A program made the position numbers and the translations under genes. From assembly GCA_000934665.2 (NCBI GenBank), contig KZ538718.1, positions 1 to 52,303 of the forward strand: a stretch of 52,303 bases of DNA. The letters run 5' to 3'. Numbering within the stretch: the first letter of the stretch is position 1; each line of letters starts with the position of its first letter. Origin of the DNA: Catajapyx aquilonaris (Eukaryota). The notes beneath the pieces are model-generated. The model was not told where the DNA came from. It ran no database searches and saw only the letters and a list, made by a program, of their open reading frames with translations. Positions 10,311 through 22,869 of this stretch are shown here, one piece after another.

Positions 10311-13300
10311 TCATTCATCATCGTCATCGTCCTCATCGTCGTCATCGTCCTCCTCCTCTTCATCGTCATCGTCGTCTTCATCCTCCTCATCCTTCCCAAC
10401 TACTACTGGCCCTTTGACAGCTGTGACGAGGCTTCCTTTAGCCGGCACCTGACGAAAAACAATTAATTAGCCACCAATCACCCCACTGCATTACTGAGAA
10501 GAGATGAGCATCATCATTTGCAAAAATGCACATACTACAATCAAGTTACACCTCATTAAATAGTTATATGCCTTTTTGTGTGACACCCTAGTTTGTACTA
10601 TGCAGGAAATGTAGCTTCTTACCTCCTCATCATCGTCATCATCATCGTCCTCCTCATCGTCCTCCTCATCTTCATCATCGTCGTCTTCCTCATCATCGTC
10701 GTCATCTTCATCCTCGTCCTTCATAGCAACCTGCAATCATTATAAAACACCCGTTTCATTCATTTCTTTCTTTAACAAATTGAAGGCAGAAAAAATTGCA
10801 GTGTAAAAGTAATAACAATTTACAGTAATAAAAACAATTCACGATGGGAGGGCATATGCCAACTGATCAGTTTCCAAAAATCTCACAGAAATATGTGCAG
10901 AACCATGAAAATTTTCTCAATCATCCAATGCTTCTCTACATTTGTTGCAATGTAATTATTTCTATCATTATAACTCGCATATGCTCTCTTGCGTCATACA
11001 TGATACATCTTTAGGTTCATTCAAACTTGGATAGATATTAAAATGCAACACCGCGAGAAGCAACTTCAATCCATGATAACCACAGAGTACTGTTCAGGCT
11101 GGTACTGTTCTGCAAAAATTTCCTGTACTGAAGAAATATCCATTGTGCTATTGTGGTTACCTGGAATAACAATATCAACCATCATTTCTCTCACCTTCTT
11201 TCCCTCCTTCTTAGGAGCCTCAGGGCTCTGGGATATTGAGTTGTCTCCATCTCGGTCACCTCCTCTCCTTCTGCCAAATCTTACAGTCTGAGCTTGCCCA
11301 TCTAGATGCAAGTTCTTGTGCTCATTGAAAGCCTCCAATGCAGACTCACTAGTTTCGAAATTGATAATTGCAGACTTGAAAATGGGGAGTCTCCCTGTGG
11401 TGATTGTGATGGCGCTGGCCTCAGTGAAGATGCCCTCAAGCGTTGATTTCTGAATATTGCCAGGGAGGCCACTCACGTAGAGCAGGTAGGGGTCCACCTT
11501 CTCTGGGAGGACTTCCACCTTGGAATTCTCTCGCTTCTCTACTCGCAGCTTGCCACCGCCAAATTCCTTATCATTCAGTTCCTCTATCACTTCATCTGCG
11601 TCTTCACCTGGCTTCATCTTTGCAAAGCAGTATCTGTACACAAAACGAGGGAGGGAAATTAAAGAGGGAAGGAAAATATCGAATGTAAATCTGAACTTTG
11701 TAGTAATCATTACTTGAATTTTTGTAATGGAGAAAACATGAATGCAAGGAAATTATAAGAATTTCAAAGTTCTCGTCACAGTAAATTTTTAAAATCAGCA
11801 ATGATCATGTGTATACTAGCTACAACTTCTCTTGTGAAATTAGGAGTTTTAAACAATGTTAGGCCACATAATTACTAGGACCAGGTTTGTAATCTGCAGA
11901 CTCACCGTGGAGCTCGGGAGCCAGGAAAGAAGACAGATTCAAGTGAATCGCTGAACCCTAGGACAACACTATCATCTACTTCTGGATCTGGAAACCTAAT
12001 AAACAGGTTGTTTGACATGACGCTCTTGGTGTGTTCCAGTTCTGCATTGGCTGCCTTGGTTGCAGAGTCAATGTCCCACTTGTTCCTAAACCCACCCCGG
12101 AAACCTCCTCCGCCCCGGCCACCCCTGAATCCACCACCCCTGCCGCCACGGAAGCCGTCATCATCGAAACGGCCTCGTCCGCGTCCACCAAAACCACGTC
12201 CACCACGGAATCCTCCACCGCCCCGTCCACCCCTGAAGTCACCTCCTCTGCCACCCCTGAAGTCGCCTCCACGGCCACCTCTGAAGCCACCGCCACGACC
12301 ACCCCTGAATTCACCACGTCCTCCCCTGAATCCACCACCCCCGCGGAAGTCTCCACCGCCACGACCTCGCCCTCCACGACCACGGAATCCACCTCTGAAG
12401 CCACCATCATCACCATCCTGCAATTTTAGAAATGCACATTACTTGATGTCCTCCAGGAATGCTAATAAAACTTGCTGTCAGAAATGAACAAAAATAATCA
12501 GAGTAAGCCACAGTTGACTAACCTCAAAACGTCCGAACTTCTTTCTAAAGCCACTGTCACCATCTCCACCGTCTGCAGATGTGTCGAAGCTCCTCTTCAT
12601 GCCGCCCCGTCCACCCCGTCCTCCTCCTCTTCCTCTGCCACCTCTGGTCATACCGTTGGACATATCGCCTGACTCACTAAGACTTGTGTCACCCTGTTGA
12701 AGCAAAAAAATTACATAGCACCATGCAAAAACTTACTCATTTTGATAACAGAACCATGCTAATTCTATGCAGCCCTCCAAGTGACTTTAGCTACAGTTCA
12801 AGTGAATACTTTGCCAATTTTGAATAATTAAAAGATCAATCTATGAATGCTCGTATGTTTGGAATTGGCCAATGGCTCTAGAGCAGGGTTAGCAAAAAAA
12901 AATGAATAATAATAATAAAAAGGGGGGGAATAAAACGCCTACACCTTTTAAGAATTGCTAATGAATATCAACCCTGTTCACTATCCCACACTTTTGTATG
13001 TTCGAGTTGTCCTAAGCCAAGTTTGAGTTTTCCCTGGCACGAAAAAAAAAGGCCGTAAAGAAACAGCCACAAAACCGAGCATGGGCCAACTCCACTAGTA
13101 ATTCGATTGGTTCAACCATTAAAGCATTTCTGCAAGATTTTTGAAATTTATTTTTTGAGAGGGTTGAGCAAAAGCACCATTTGGCAACAATGCATGCAAC
13201 AAAGCAAAGGGTCCAGCCCTTCAAACAAGCACCATTTTTTATCCATTGATATGATTCAAGAATGTTTGCATAACAAAGATAGCCCAGACATAACTGAAAA

Positions 13301-14945
13301 TACCTCTGCAGTACTGTTTTCACACATCGGTTTCAAAATGCTGCACTAAGCCACCAAATAGCTGAGGTGGCTTTTTGCATAATTATTAGGACAAATATAT
13401 TGTACTTAAAGGCAGCATTCAGAGAGGAATTCACTAATAATCTCCCGTACATGCTTTAGGCACATGTACCGCTTTAGGCAGTATTTTTTATGAGCGACAA
13501 ATCCAATTGTTTGGGGGCGAAAATCGATTGTTAAGCCTCTATTTCACAAATGAATGTTACAGCACTTGTAACATGCAACTGAAATTTTCCCCCACTACTC
13601 ATGATGCCATTTTTTTGTCGCCAGAAGACAAATTGCGGTGACAGATGCAAGATCTGGCTGCCTTGAAGCTCGTCACTCTGACGCTTAGTTGGCGGCAACA
13701 AAAAATGACGTCACAAGAAGTGTGAAAAAATTCCAGTCGCATCCTTTGTGAAAAGGCTTTACTTTCGCCCCAAACCATTAACCACTTTCCAGTACTGCGC
13801 CTCCAGCAGCGAAATTTGGCCTGCCATCAAAATGTTATAATCCTGCGGGAAACTCCTAAAGGGGGCAATTGAATGAATTGCTGAGCAAATTGCTCACATG
13901 TAAACGCCACCTTAACCCTTGGTTGAGAGGAGGTGAACTCCATGTGTAATCATACTCAATACTTTTCTTTCCATCAATGATCAGACTCATTGAGTACGTT
14001 TACATGGGACTAAAAATCGGCCTGACCCAGGCTTCCTTAGCAAGGCCATCGCCTTAGGTAGACCACCCGACCCAAAAGGCTTGGGCTGCGCCCGACAACA
14101 TATCAGATAAGGCCGGTCTATCGTAGGCCCAGCGGCTACATGGGAGTAAACCGGTTCGCCTAGCATAGGCTAGGCCGATTTTTAGTCCCTTGTAAACGTA
14201 CTCATTAGTCTTGTCCATTCAGCTGCTCTGAACTAGGTTTGAGCAGTCCATTAGTCTGTGAGTAACCAGCCCATCAAAATGTGCCCGTTTGGCACTCATG
14301 ACTAGTCTGATTGACTGATTTCTTTCTTTTCAAGCGGAAGAGCAGCATTCGCTGCACTGTGCCTAACACGCTATGCCTACCCACACCAACGTAAATTACA
14401 AGTCTGGTGGTTCGTAGAAAGTTACAAAAAAAAATTATAGGTGAACGTTATTGAGCATTTATCACTAGCCTGAAACCTACACCACTTTGGAGTAATTGAT
14501 GGTGCAATTAGGGCATGACCTGATGCAACATGAACCCAGTTCACCGAGGGGTTATAGTCACTTGATACCATAGTGTACAGCGGACTCCCCAACAACCGTA
14601 CTTCAGTCTCTGTAAATTCAGTGCAATACCAGCCAAGCAAATTCGCGCCCTCAAAGCCCACCACATGCTTAAGCCTAAAACCACGTGGCCAACCACGCCA
14701 CCTTAAAACCCTTAAAAATTCACCCCAACCGCCCTTTGCAATGCTCCCCAATGAACCCCACCCAATCTGATCAGCCCCTGTGCAGATCAGACACCGGGAG
14801 AACGACCAGCCTAGACCCACGTGGTCCCCCTCCATCAAAAAAAGCCGAAGCCCGCCATTAGTGCGCCTCGCCCCATCAGCACACGGCCGCCCTATCCGTC
14901 GGGCGGTGGCGGCGACCCGTGCAGCCTTTGTCCTACCTTTACCAT
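10311..14945 (-). CDS. POF-like RGG-RRM-RRM-acidic protein, copy C (~456 aa; ~445 aa if started at ATG 12663)
   Basis: Exons 14945-14943 (ATG|GTAAAG, inferred), 12693-12523, 12417-11906, 11633-11195, 10730-10623, 10448-10311; GT-AG and in phase. GGFRGGRG repeats, RRM1 LFIRFPDPE...PRYCF...FGGGKLRVEK, RRM2 DPYLLYV..., two acidic exons. The RFPDPE/PRYC/DPxxLYV pattern matches my recollection of insect POF. Confidence 0.85.
13991..14204. mobile_element. MITE with ~32-bp TIRs (PIF/Harbinger-like)
   Basis: TGAGTACGTTTACATGGGACTAAAAATCGGCCT ... AGGCCGATTTTTAGTCCCTTGTAAACGTACTCA. Related CGTTTACA-ended elements at ~840-860, 13890-13910, 16140-16250, 17465-17615, 42230-42345. Confidence 0.7.
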
Positions 14946-15290
14946 GTTTAAACTCTGGAGGCACTGGTCAGAAGGCAAAGAGTTCGAATGCGAGGCGGAG
15001 TACGGTACACACCCGACTTGCTTCCTCTCTCGAGCAACGTGGGAGTCCCGATGAGGCAGATTCCCCCGTTGGTGTGGCCTCCTCTAGGGGGGGTTGCGCT
15101 CCAGGGAAGGGAGGGCCGGACGGAACGCAGCTGTTTCGACCCGAAATAACAGATTGAGTCGAAGTTGTAGGCAGGGATCGGGTAGCCGTTGGCCGGTAGC
15201 CGCTTTTTAAGAATAGCTGTCGTGGTGGATCGAGGAGGGAGTGAGGGTGGCCAGATGAGTTAGGTACGCGCATGCTTCATTCACCACGCC
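14680..15290 (-). promoter_or_regulatory. CpG-rich promoter/first exon of copy C; homologous segments upstream of copy B (~9525-9950) and copy A (~1120-1440)
   Basis: Same relative position upstream of each paralog. Pyrimidine-rich CTCTTTGCCTTCT just 5' of ATG|GTAAAG; CCACGTGG E-boxes at ~14682 and ~14817, also at ~9528, ~9632 and ~1128. Confidence 0.6.
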
Positions 15291-15650
15291 GCCGCTTTTG
15301 TCAGGTTCCCATGCAATGCGAATGTTTTTCTACTGTTTGCGGTACTCGTTTGGTGTGCACACCGGCATTGCAATGTATGTTTTATTAAAAGGTTGTTGGA
15401 AGTACAGGTGCTTGGTGGAGCAGCTGGCAACGCGAGTTCGAATACCGTATGTTGCTTATACGGTATTGGTGGGTTCACTGACCTTGATGATTTACGGCTG
15501 GTTACATTATAAAACCGAGTTTCTTTTCGGAAAATCTTTATACTTGTGATTGTTGTCAACATTTGGGCTATGGAAATTCACGTTAAAACCGAGGTTGTAA
15601 ATTTTAACCATGTTGCACGTGCCTGTTGGTGAAACCCAAATGTGTATAAC

Positions 15651-15775
15651 CCGGTTTCACCAAGCTCGGTATATTATAAAACCAGTTTTTCTCTCCTGAA
15701 AATCCATTCAAATGTGTAGGGATTTTCCGAAAGGAACCTGGTTTTATCATATACTGAGCTCGGTGAAACCGGCCC
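15651..15775. mobile_element. Short palindromic MITE
   Basis: CCGGTTTCACCAAGCTCGGTATA ... TATACTGAGCTCGGTGAAACCGG; partial repeat of an arm at ~15500-15540. Confidence 0.55.
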
Positions 15776-17288
15776 TGAGAAGGAAAAATTGTGTTGATTT
15801 ATGGTCATCTAAAGATTATTTATGAACAATAAATTGTGTAGCCATATTTATGCCATGTGTACTACTGTACAACATATTTATAATTTTCCTGTGTACTGTA
15901 CTGTCAGCTACAGTACCTACAGTACCAACATCATTGGTTGTGAAAAAATTTCAATGCCATTTTTAAGCTCATTTTTACAATTTATATGATTTACCCACCA
16001 TTGGCTAATTATCATAATGGAAAAAAATTTACATGCAATTTCAGGTGGCGAGTGTTAGCTGACAAAAAAAGTTACTGTTAATTGACATCAAGCAGTACAT
16101 AATGCAATTTTTCATAATTTCATCACGTAAAATATAAAGCTGCATTTACACGCCAGCGATTTGATCAGCGATGGACTTTATTGAGCAAAAGTAACAATCG
16201 TGGTAACAAAATATTTTCGGCCCAAAAGTACATTGCTACCCATCGCTGCCAACGCATGTCAATCTGACCTCAGCAGAATTATCTTCAAAATAACGATACA
16301 ACCAGTGCGTAATGCTGTAACAGATGTTATCACATGCAAAATCAAATTAGCCAAAATAAAACACCGGAGTTAGCAATATGTCCAGACCACTTTATTTTTA
16401 TCTTTACCCATGGTATAAAACAAGAATGGTTGATCGTCATCCATTTGCTCTGTGTGCCAAATTATGCGCAGGTTACGGGGGAGAAAAAGGGCGTCAAAAA
16501 ACACCTTTTCTTTTTTAGTTGGAAGCAACTGATCCTAACTCAGCCACCAACACGGAAAAGCAAAACTCTTTACGAACGAAGGCGGAATTGGAGGGGAGGA
16601 AAAAAAAAACAGGTAAATAGAAAAGTGGGTGACAACTCTATACTGTACAAGTCCCCATAGAAACGGAAAAAAAAGGTCGTTACGGAAAGAGAACCTTGAA
16701 ATTAAAAACTGCCACAAAATCACGTCTTCCAGTCAAAATAAATTCATGAACCATAACTTAGCATGCACCCCCAAAATAACGCCTTCAAACGATAAATTCA
16801 CGCAGGTTAAGTATATCAAGAGAACCTGCTGTGGCAGGCAAAAAGAACAAGTTGGCACGTCAAGTGAACCATCGCCAAATAATTAAATCGTGCGTGCACT
16901 TCAGCATACACGATAAACAACAACAAAAAAAGATGGTGACAATATCTCTTCTGCTATTTTTTTCAAACGTGGCACCACACATCATGAATTAGACGCTGGC
17001 CCAAGATTACAAGGGCACAAAGTGGCGCTTGGGTCCACCGAACAATAGAAAACGGGTCATTCGTCTTTCGAGCTGCTTTCTTACTTGGTGTGAAATACGA
17101 TTTGGAAGCCAATTTTTACCCTTTCTTTAGACTGGAGTCAAAATTTCAGCAAAATTTTTTACAATGTTGGAGGAGAGGGAACTGGTTTTGCCTTCAGAAA
17201 AAAACAAAACAAAAATAAAAAAATAAAAAGAAAGCAATAGGTAGCACTTGTCTAGGGTTGGGGGAGAGGGGACTTTGAACCCGTGTCG

Positions 17289-20200
17289 TTATACAGTGAA
17301 TCTGTTTTTGGTGATGGATCCCGACTTGTTCATGGTGTCCACGTGGGTCTGGTAACCGATCGGGCTCTTCGATGGTATTTTTAACCTCTCCTTCAGCTTT
17401 TGCCTGTAAGACAAAGAGAGATCTGCATAAGACAACAGTTAGGATAACACACTACCATAAATACGACACATGAGCTATTTGATCAGCGATGATAATCGCT
17501 GAGGGATGACACCAATTGTTTGGGGCAAAAACATGATTGTTACTTTCGCCCGAAACAATTGATTTCATCGCGCAGAGACGCTCATCGCTGATCAAATCAC
17601 TCATATGTAAACCATGCCCTAAGCATTAAATTGAAGAAAAGTTAGTCCAATTTAAAGCAGTGTGATTTATGCCTCGTTAAAAATAAATACAAAGCGAATG
17701 ACTAACCCTATCTTCTGCACTGACTCCCCCTGGAGCGCATCCCCGGTCCAGATGCCGATCTTGTCCCCCTTGGGACGGATGGAGACTACGGCTCCGTTGA
17801 CTTCATCCGAGTGCTCGTCAAAGGCCTCTCCGATCATGCACAGGATGATCTCCAGCCAGCATTGGTCCAGGTCAGAGAGGCGCTGCCTCTTCTCCAGGTT
17901 GATCAGCCACCGACCTCCCTTCTTGTTGTGCTCGTCCTCCCACATCGGCTTGATGCCCTTCTTGAACAATGAGTAGTCGCAACCGTTGCGGAGGTCTGAT
18001 GCTCCCTTGATGTGGTTGTAGAGCCTGCCAGGAGAGGTCATCTGATTGACGTTCCGGCATATTCCATATTTTAATTGTTATTATGTGCACTCGGCTACTC
18101 ATCTACAATATTTGGATTATAGGAACCGAACTGTCACAAAGCGCCTGAAGTTATGACTGCCATAAAATAAAACACTTCCCTTTGAACAGCATCTGAAGCA
18201 GTGGGTTTTTAATTTTGCATCGCCCTTTTAAGCATTTCATTTCATTAGTACGAAATTATGAAACAGCTGCACCATATAAAATGCCTGATTCATAAGCACA
18301 CCTCCGATTCTGCTTTAATCGCATGATTACAATATTACACTATTACCGAGAGGCGACTCAACATATTTTCAATCTGGATCTGTCTGAAGCATCCATTTTG
18401 ATTGCAACTTACGCCCAGAAGTCTTCCACGGTGTCGAAGGAGGTGATCTCCCTCTGGTTCTCCTCCCAGCCCTTGGACTTGTCATTCTCGTAGTACCACA
18501 GAGTCCAGCAGCATTGTAGGGGATGCTTCACGTACAGCTCGGCTGCTGGATCAGGTGCAGAGGAACTGGCACCACTGGGAACAACTGCCGAAGCATTGTT
18601 TTGCTTGCCATCAGATTTGTGGTCGCCCTCCGAGTTGGACTGGCCCTAAGGAGAAATTTCCCCAACATTAACTTTCAATCATAAAATACCGAAGGGAAGT
18701 TTTGGGTGGGAAGAGCCAAACTCACAGTAAAACGAATACCCTTGTTAATTTATACAAGTTCACACACCATTCTGAGTTGCTTAGTTTATTCGAGATATTC
18801 CCCCCCAGGGAGAGGTTTTCTAAGACTTTGCAACTAGATAACGGTCAGGCACATTTTATAAATCCTCCCAATTGCCTTGCTCTTGGCTCTCATCCTTAAT
18901 TAAAAGATGCTATCATTGCATAATGATAAGGACTGCACCAATCTTGCCCATAATTGCATTGCATTAAATTGCTTAAAAATATGTCTTTGTGCTTGGTCAG
19001 AAACCAGGCAGTGGTTTCAAAAGCTGTGCATTAAAATGTGGGCTTTACACCTTGCCAGAGAACATTACAATATTTCCAAATTGCAACATGTGTTGTAACT
19101 GCACCGGAAAAGTATATTGGAAGATAAATCATTGAATCAAGCAGATACCATATCAGCAATACGTCAACCAGCTATGGTATCATTCAGTCAATTTACCTAC
19201 ATATGTACTGGTACTGGATCTTGAGTGCTTATTATGGAGGTTTACAATTCATACTCGGTGCTCAATATCAGATATTATTCTTTAAGGCAAAATGGTGCAT
19301 ATCAAGTAATCTCATACGACTATATGTGTTGCATTGTATGGGAATCCTAACAAGATCAATGGATTGTACAGGCAGTGGCCTACAAATACCACAGGTGCAT
19401 CAATGCATCACAAGTCAAAGTGATAGCAATTCCCCACATTCCCAGCACATATCAGATTGGCATCCTTCTAGAATTCTCCAGAATCCTCCACGACTTCTAG
19501 GTGGCACAAGCGTAATTCACGATCCCTTCACTTCCACTTGCAGCTTCATACCAAGTTGCATACCTAGCATACTATTGACGCAACCAGAAAATGGGCAAGA
19601 ATGACCATCACGAATGAACCTAATAACAATTTATGGCTGTTTTTGTCACTACCATTTTATGGTTGCATCAACAATACCAATACTAGGGGCTACCTGGCCC
19701 AGGATTCGTAACTTGATGTTTTAACAATTTAACAAAGGCAGTTTCAAGAAGTCATCATTTGTGATAATAGCACTGCAATCCCAGACTAGGCAGCCAGCAG
19801 AATGGCAATAAATGTGGGCCTGTGCTGTTGAATTATGCACTCTCTGCCACCTCCACACGTGGAATTTTAATCACATAAAAAGCAGCTCATGCAGAATGAA
19901 CAACATATTTAAATGGATGTAAAACTTCAAACACACTGTGGAGCGTAGTATCACTGCCTAAGCCCTACATTGGAATGACCCCTTGACATTATTATGAAAC
20001 AGTGGTCAGCCCTACTAATGTACAATCACTTGACCTCCAACCAGTTTCACACTACATACAAGCATCAAAATTTTTCCATACTTTCACCACCATAAACTGC
20101 AGAAAACGGAACGACCATCTTCGTCACACAACAATAGGAGTAAACAGTGGCAACAAAATGAACGTTGTTTACCCCCTATTGTTGCAGGAGAACAAAACGA

Positions 20201-21172
20201 TGACGTCAGATCGTCCTTTCGTTTTCTGCACTGTACATATCGAAGGTCGCGTTCTGTTTTTAAAACACACCATTTTTGGAACACGGAACACGCTTGGAGC
20301 TCTTTGCTTCAGTGCGGAAAACGAAGCGACGATCTGACTCCATCATTTTGTTCTCATGCAACAATAGGGGGTCAAAAACGTTCATTTTGTTGACACTGTT
20401 TACTCGTATTGTTGTGTGACGAGGACGTCAGATGGTCGTTCCGTTTTACGCACTTCAGTCGACTGACATGAAAATTCATACGTTCCATTCGGAGCATACT
20501 TTCACCCCCAATGCCATTTTGAAGGTCACATTTCTGCTTTAAAATTACCCTGTTTAACTTTTGGAACATGAAAACTGGCCTGTAGCTTCCCTTCTCTTTG
20601 CTACTCAGGCTGTGACCATAATCTGATCGACCAACAGCTGGTCACTCGCTCAGGAAATCTGAGCATAATCCTAGCCATTGCCAACACTTCCACAAGTTCT
20701 ATCCAGTTGTGTTTCTTATGCTTTGAACTACAAATCTGTTGGGCACATGTCTCTTTCTTTTTTTTTCCAGCCATGAAATGATGTCAACCCTCTGGAGTCG
20801 TCGCCCTAAATAATACCTGGATGCCTCGTGAGTTCCTGACCATCATGCTATCCCGCACTTATCGGTTCGGAGTCAGAAGCCGGGGGTGTGATAAGTTTCC
20901 AAATAAACCGAACAATATGGTGACCTGCTCCGCCGACTGAACCGGAGAAGATGGAGAGGAAGAAGAAAAAAAAAGAACGTTCGATGATCTCAACGGGAGA
21001 GAAAGACAAAATCCAGGCAGGAAAAAAAAAAAATGACTGTCGGCTTTTCTGTTCGCCCTCGATTCAGGGCATTTAAAAAAATATATACGGGTAGTCAAGT
21101 GGGGGGCGAATGCAGGGGGTACGGCCCGTGTGGGGAACTCACCTCCATACGCTCGGGGCCTTCCTCCGCCAT
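17289..21172 (-). CDS. eIF4E: Eukaryotic translation initiation factor 4E, class I (~231 aa)
   Basis: Exons 21172-21143, 18645-18413, 18024-17707, 17403-17289, in phase. Motifs KHPLQCCWTLWYY, WEEN...FDTVEDFWALYNHI, DYSLFKKGIKPMWED, GGRW, KIGIWT, YQTH...KSGSITKNRFTV*. Confidence 0.96.
20098..20455. mobile_element. Two inverted copies of a ~140-bp MITE forming a fold-back in an eIF4E intron; third copy at ~41131-41271
   Basis: 20098-20233 is an imperfect reverse complement of 20310-20455; unit ends CAGTGCGGAAAAC ... GTTTTC(C/T)GCACTG. Confidence 0.65.
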
Positions 21173-21249
21173 TTTCCTTTTACTAAATTAAGCATAGAGA
21201 GAGTATGGTGGGGAGGGGGTGAAGGGGGAAGGGGAAGAAAAAAAAAAAT

Positions 21250-21560
21250 TACCAGGCCACGTTTAGGGCTGGGAAGGCCATCTTGAAGCCACTTTTTTGA
21301 ATGCAGGAGGTGGCCATGTTGCAGGGCTAGACCAATCAGAAGGCGTGTTGCTTCGAAGCTGAACGTGGAAAGAGCTGCAAGATGGCGGCGCGTACTGGTT
21401 CTGAAGCGGCTTCAATGTGCTGACAATTTCAGAACTAAATTTAGGCCTAGATTAGTATTTATTAAATATTCAAATTATATAAAGTTGCTAACTAATACAT
21501 TTAACAAATTATAAGCTGCATGATGGTCATTACTATATCAAAGATGGCGGCAAAACGCGC
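21250..21560 (-). promoter_or_regulatory. eIF4E promoter/5' exon region
   Basis: CCAAT at ~21332; YY1/Pho-type AAGATGGC(GGC) motifs at ~21277-21285 (-), ~21379 (+) and ~21541 (+); GC-rich relative to flanks. Confidence 0.55.
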
Positions 21561-22776
21561 TTCAAAATTGCATACGTTCCAAATTTGGAAGCTACATCTA
21601 CAGTATATGCAATTAATTTAAATTATGGTATGCCGTATGGTATTTTAAATTAAATGGCTTGAAATTTGAGCACCGTGCGAATCCATGTTATGAATCGATG
21701 CAACCTTAATATCGATAAGTTATATCGATTCTTTGAATCAATATCGATCAATATGAAATGCAGTTCAAGTGCTGCATTTGTTTGGACCTCATCTAATTAA
21801 TGGGATTTAAATATCTTCATCTATATCAAGCCAGACAAATTCTTGAACAAATTTCTGAATTTTCAACCATTAGCTTGTAATTAAAAACTTTGCACTTGTT
21901 GCAATGTGTCGAGGCCACGGTGGAGACTCTTAAAAAATACCTTTTCATTCATGTAACGTGGCAGAAATTCCACGACTGCATCATGGCCTTGATAGGACAA
22001 ATCAAGTGGGCTCAAACTTACTGGCAGGAGCACAGGAGGCTCCATAAGAACGTTGGTGAAGATTTTGTAGTCCACATATTTGCAACAAAACAGTGTGCGC
22101 TACTTCACAGGATGAATGAAACACCTCTTTCCAGTGCAATTATTTTTTGTTTATTTTGACAGGGTCCATATCATTTCACGTCCGGCATTATATTGCAAGA
22201 CAAAAATATAACAACAATAAACTAGTGTCTAACACAGATCAATTGTGTAAATTGCATTGATAAGAGGATTTCACATGCACAATCCTCAGAACTTATTAAC
22301 TGTCACTAATTAATTGAGCAAAACAAAACAACAACAGTGTTGTACACTCCCGTTTCTCGTATGGCCAAATGTAAAATAACCCTTGTCATCTAAAAAAAAC
22401 CATTCCATTAAATAATGTCATGATGTAAATATTTTGCAGTGCAAGATTGTCTCCACATTATTCTCCACAATCTATGCCTGCAATTTTCATGTGCAAAAAA
22501 ACAACATACTAAATGAAAGGGTAATCATAATTCAACAGAGGAATGCCACCTCATTTCACCATTGTACTCAGATTTAACTGTTGCAGATTCCTTAAATGAC
22601 TTCGATTTCTTTTGATTTCATGATGTATGGCACCTGCTTTAATATCACTTGCTCAAGATCTAGTCCACTTTTGGTTCTTTACGTAATGTCGTAAAGTAAA
22701 TAATATCTAACCTAAAACAGGGAGGGGCATGTTGAACATAATGGAACATAACCTAAAATTAAAATAACTAAATGAA

Positions 22777-22869
22777 TCAGTATGGCACATTTGAGAATAG
22801 GTATGAAACAGATTCTCCATTGTGGGTTCTGCGGACAGCCTCGGCAAACATCATCGACACATCAATGCA
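22777..22869 (-). CDS. Prps: Alternative (distal) duplicated last exon of Prps
   Basis: TTTCAG| acceptor, 93 nt, [30 protein letters not shown]; same length and phase as 24390-24298. AATAAA downstream at ~22151 (-). Confidence 0.93.
   Translation of the reverse strand, partial: CIDVSMMFAEAVRRTHNGESVSYLFSNVPY

Noticed and set aside
11902..12487. Pro-rich and Thr/Ser-rich ORFs (mucin/extensin-like)
   Set aside because: Antisense or alternative frames of the GAR exon.
1794..14945. Calling the array nucleolin, fibrillarin or GAR1
   Set aside because: Domain order is reversed relative to nucleolin, there are only two RRMs, there is no methyltransferase or Gar1 core, and the RRM signature is POF-like.
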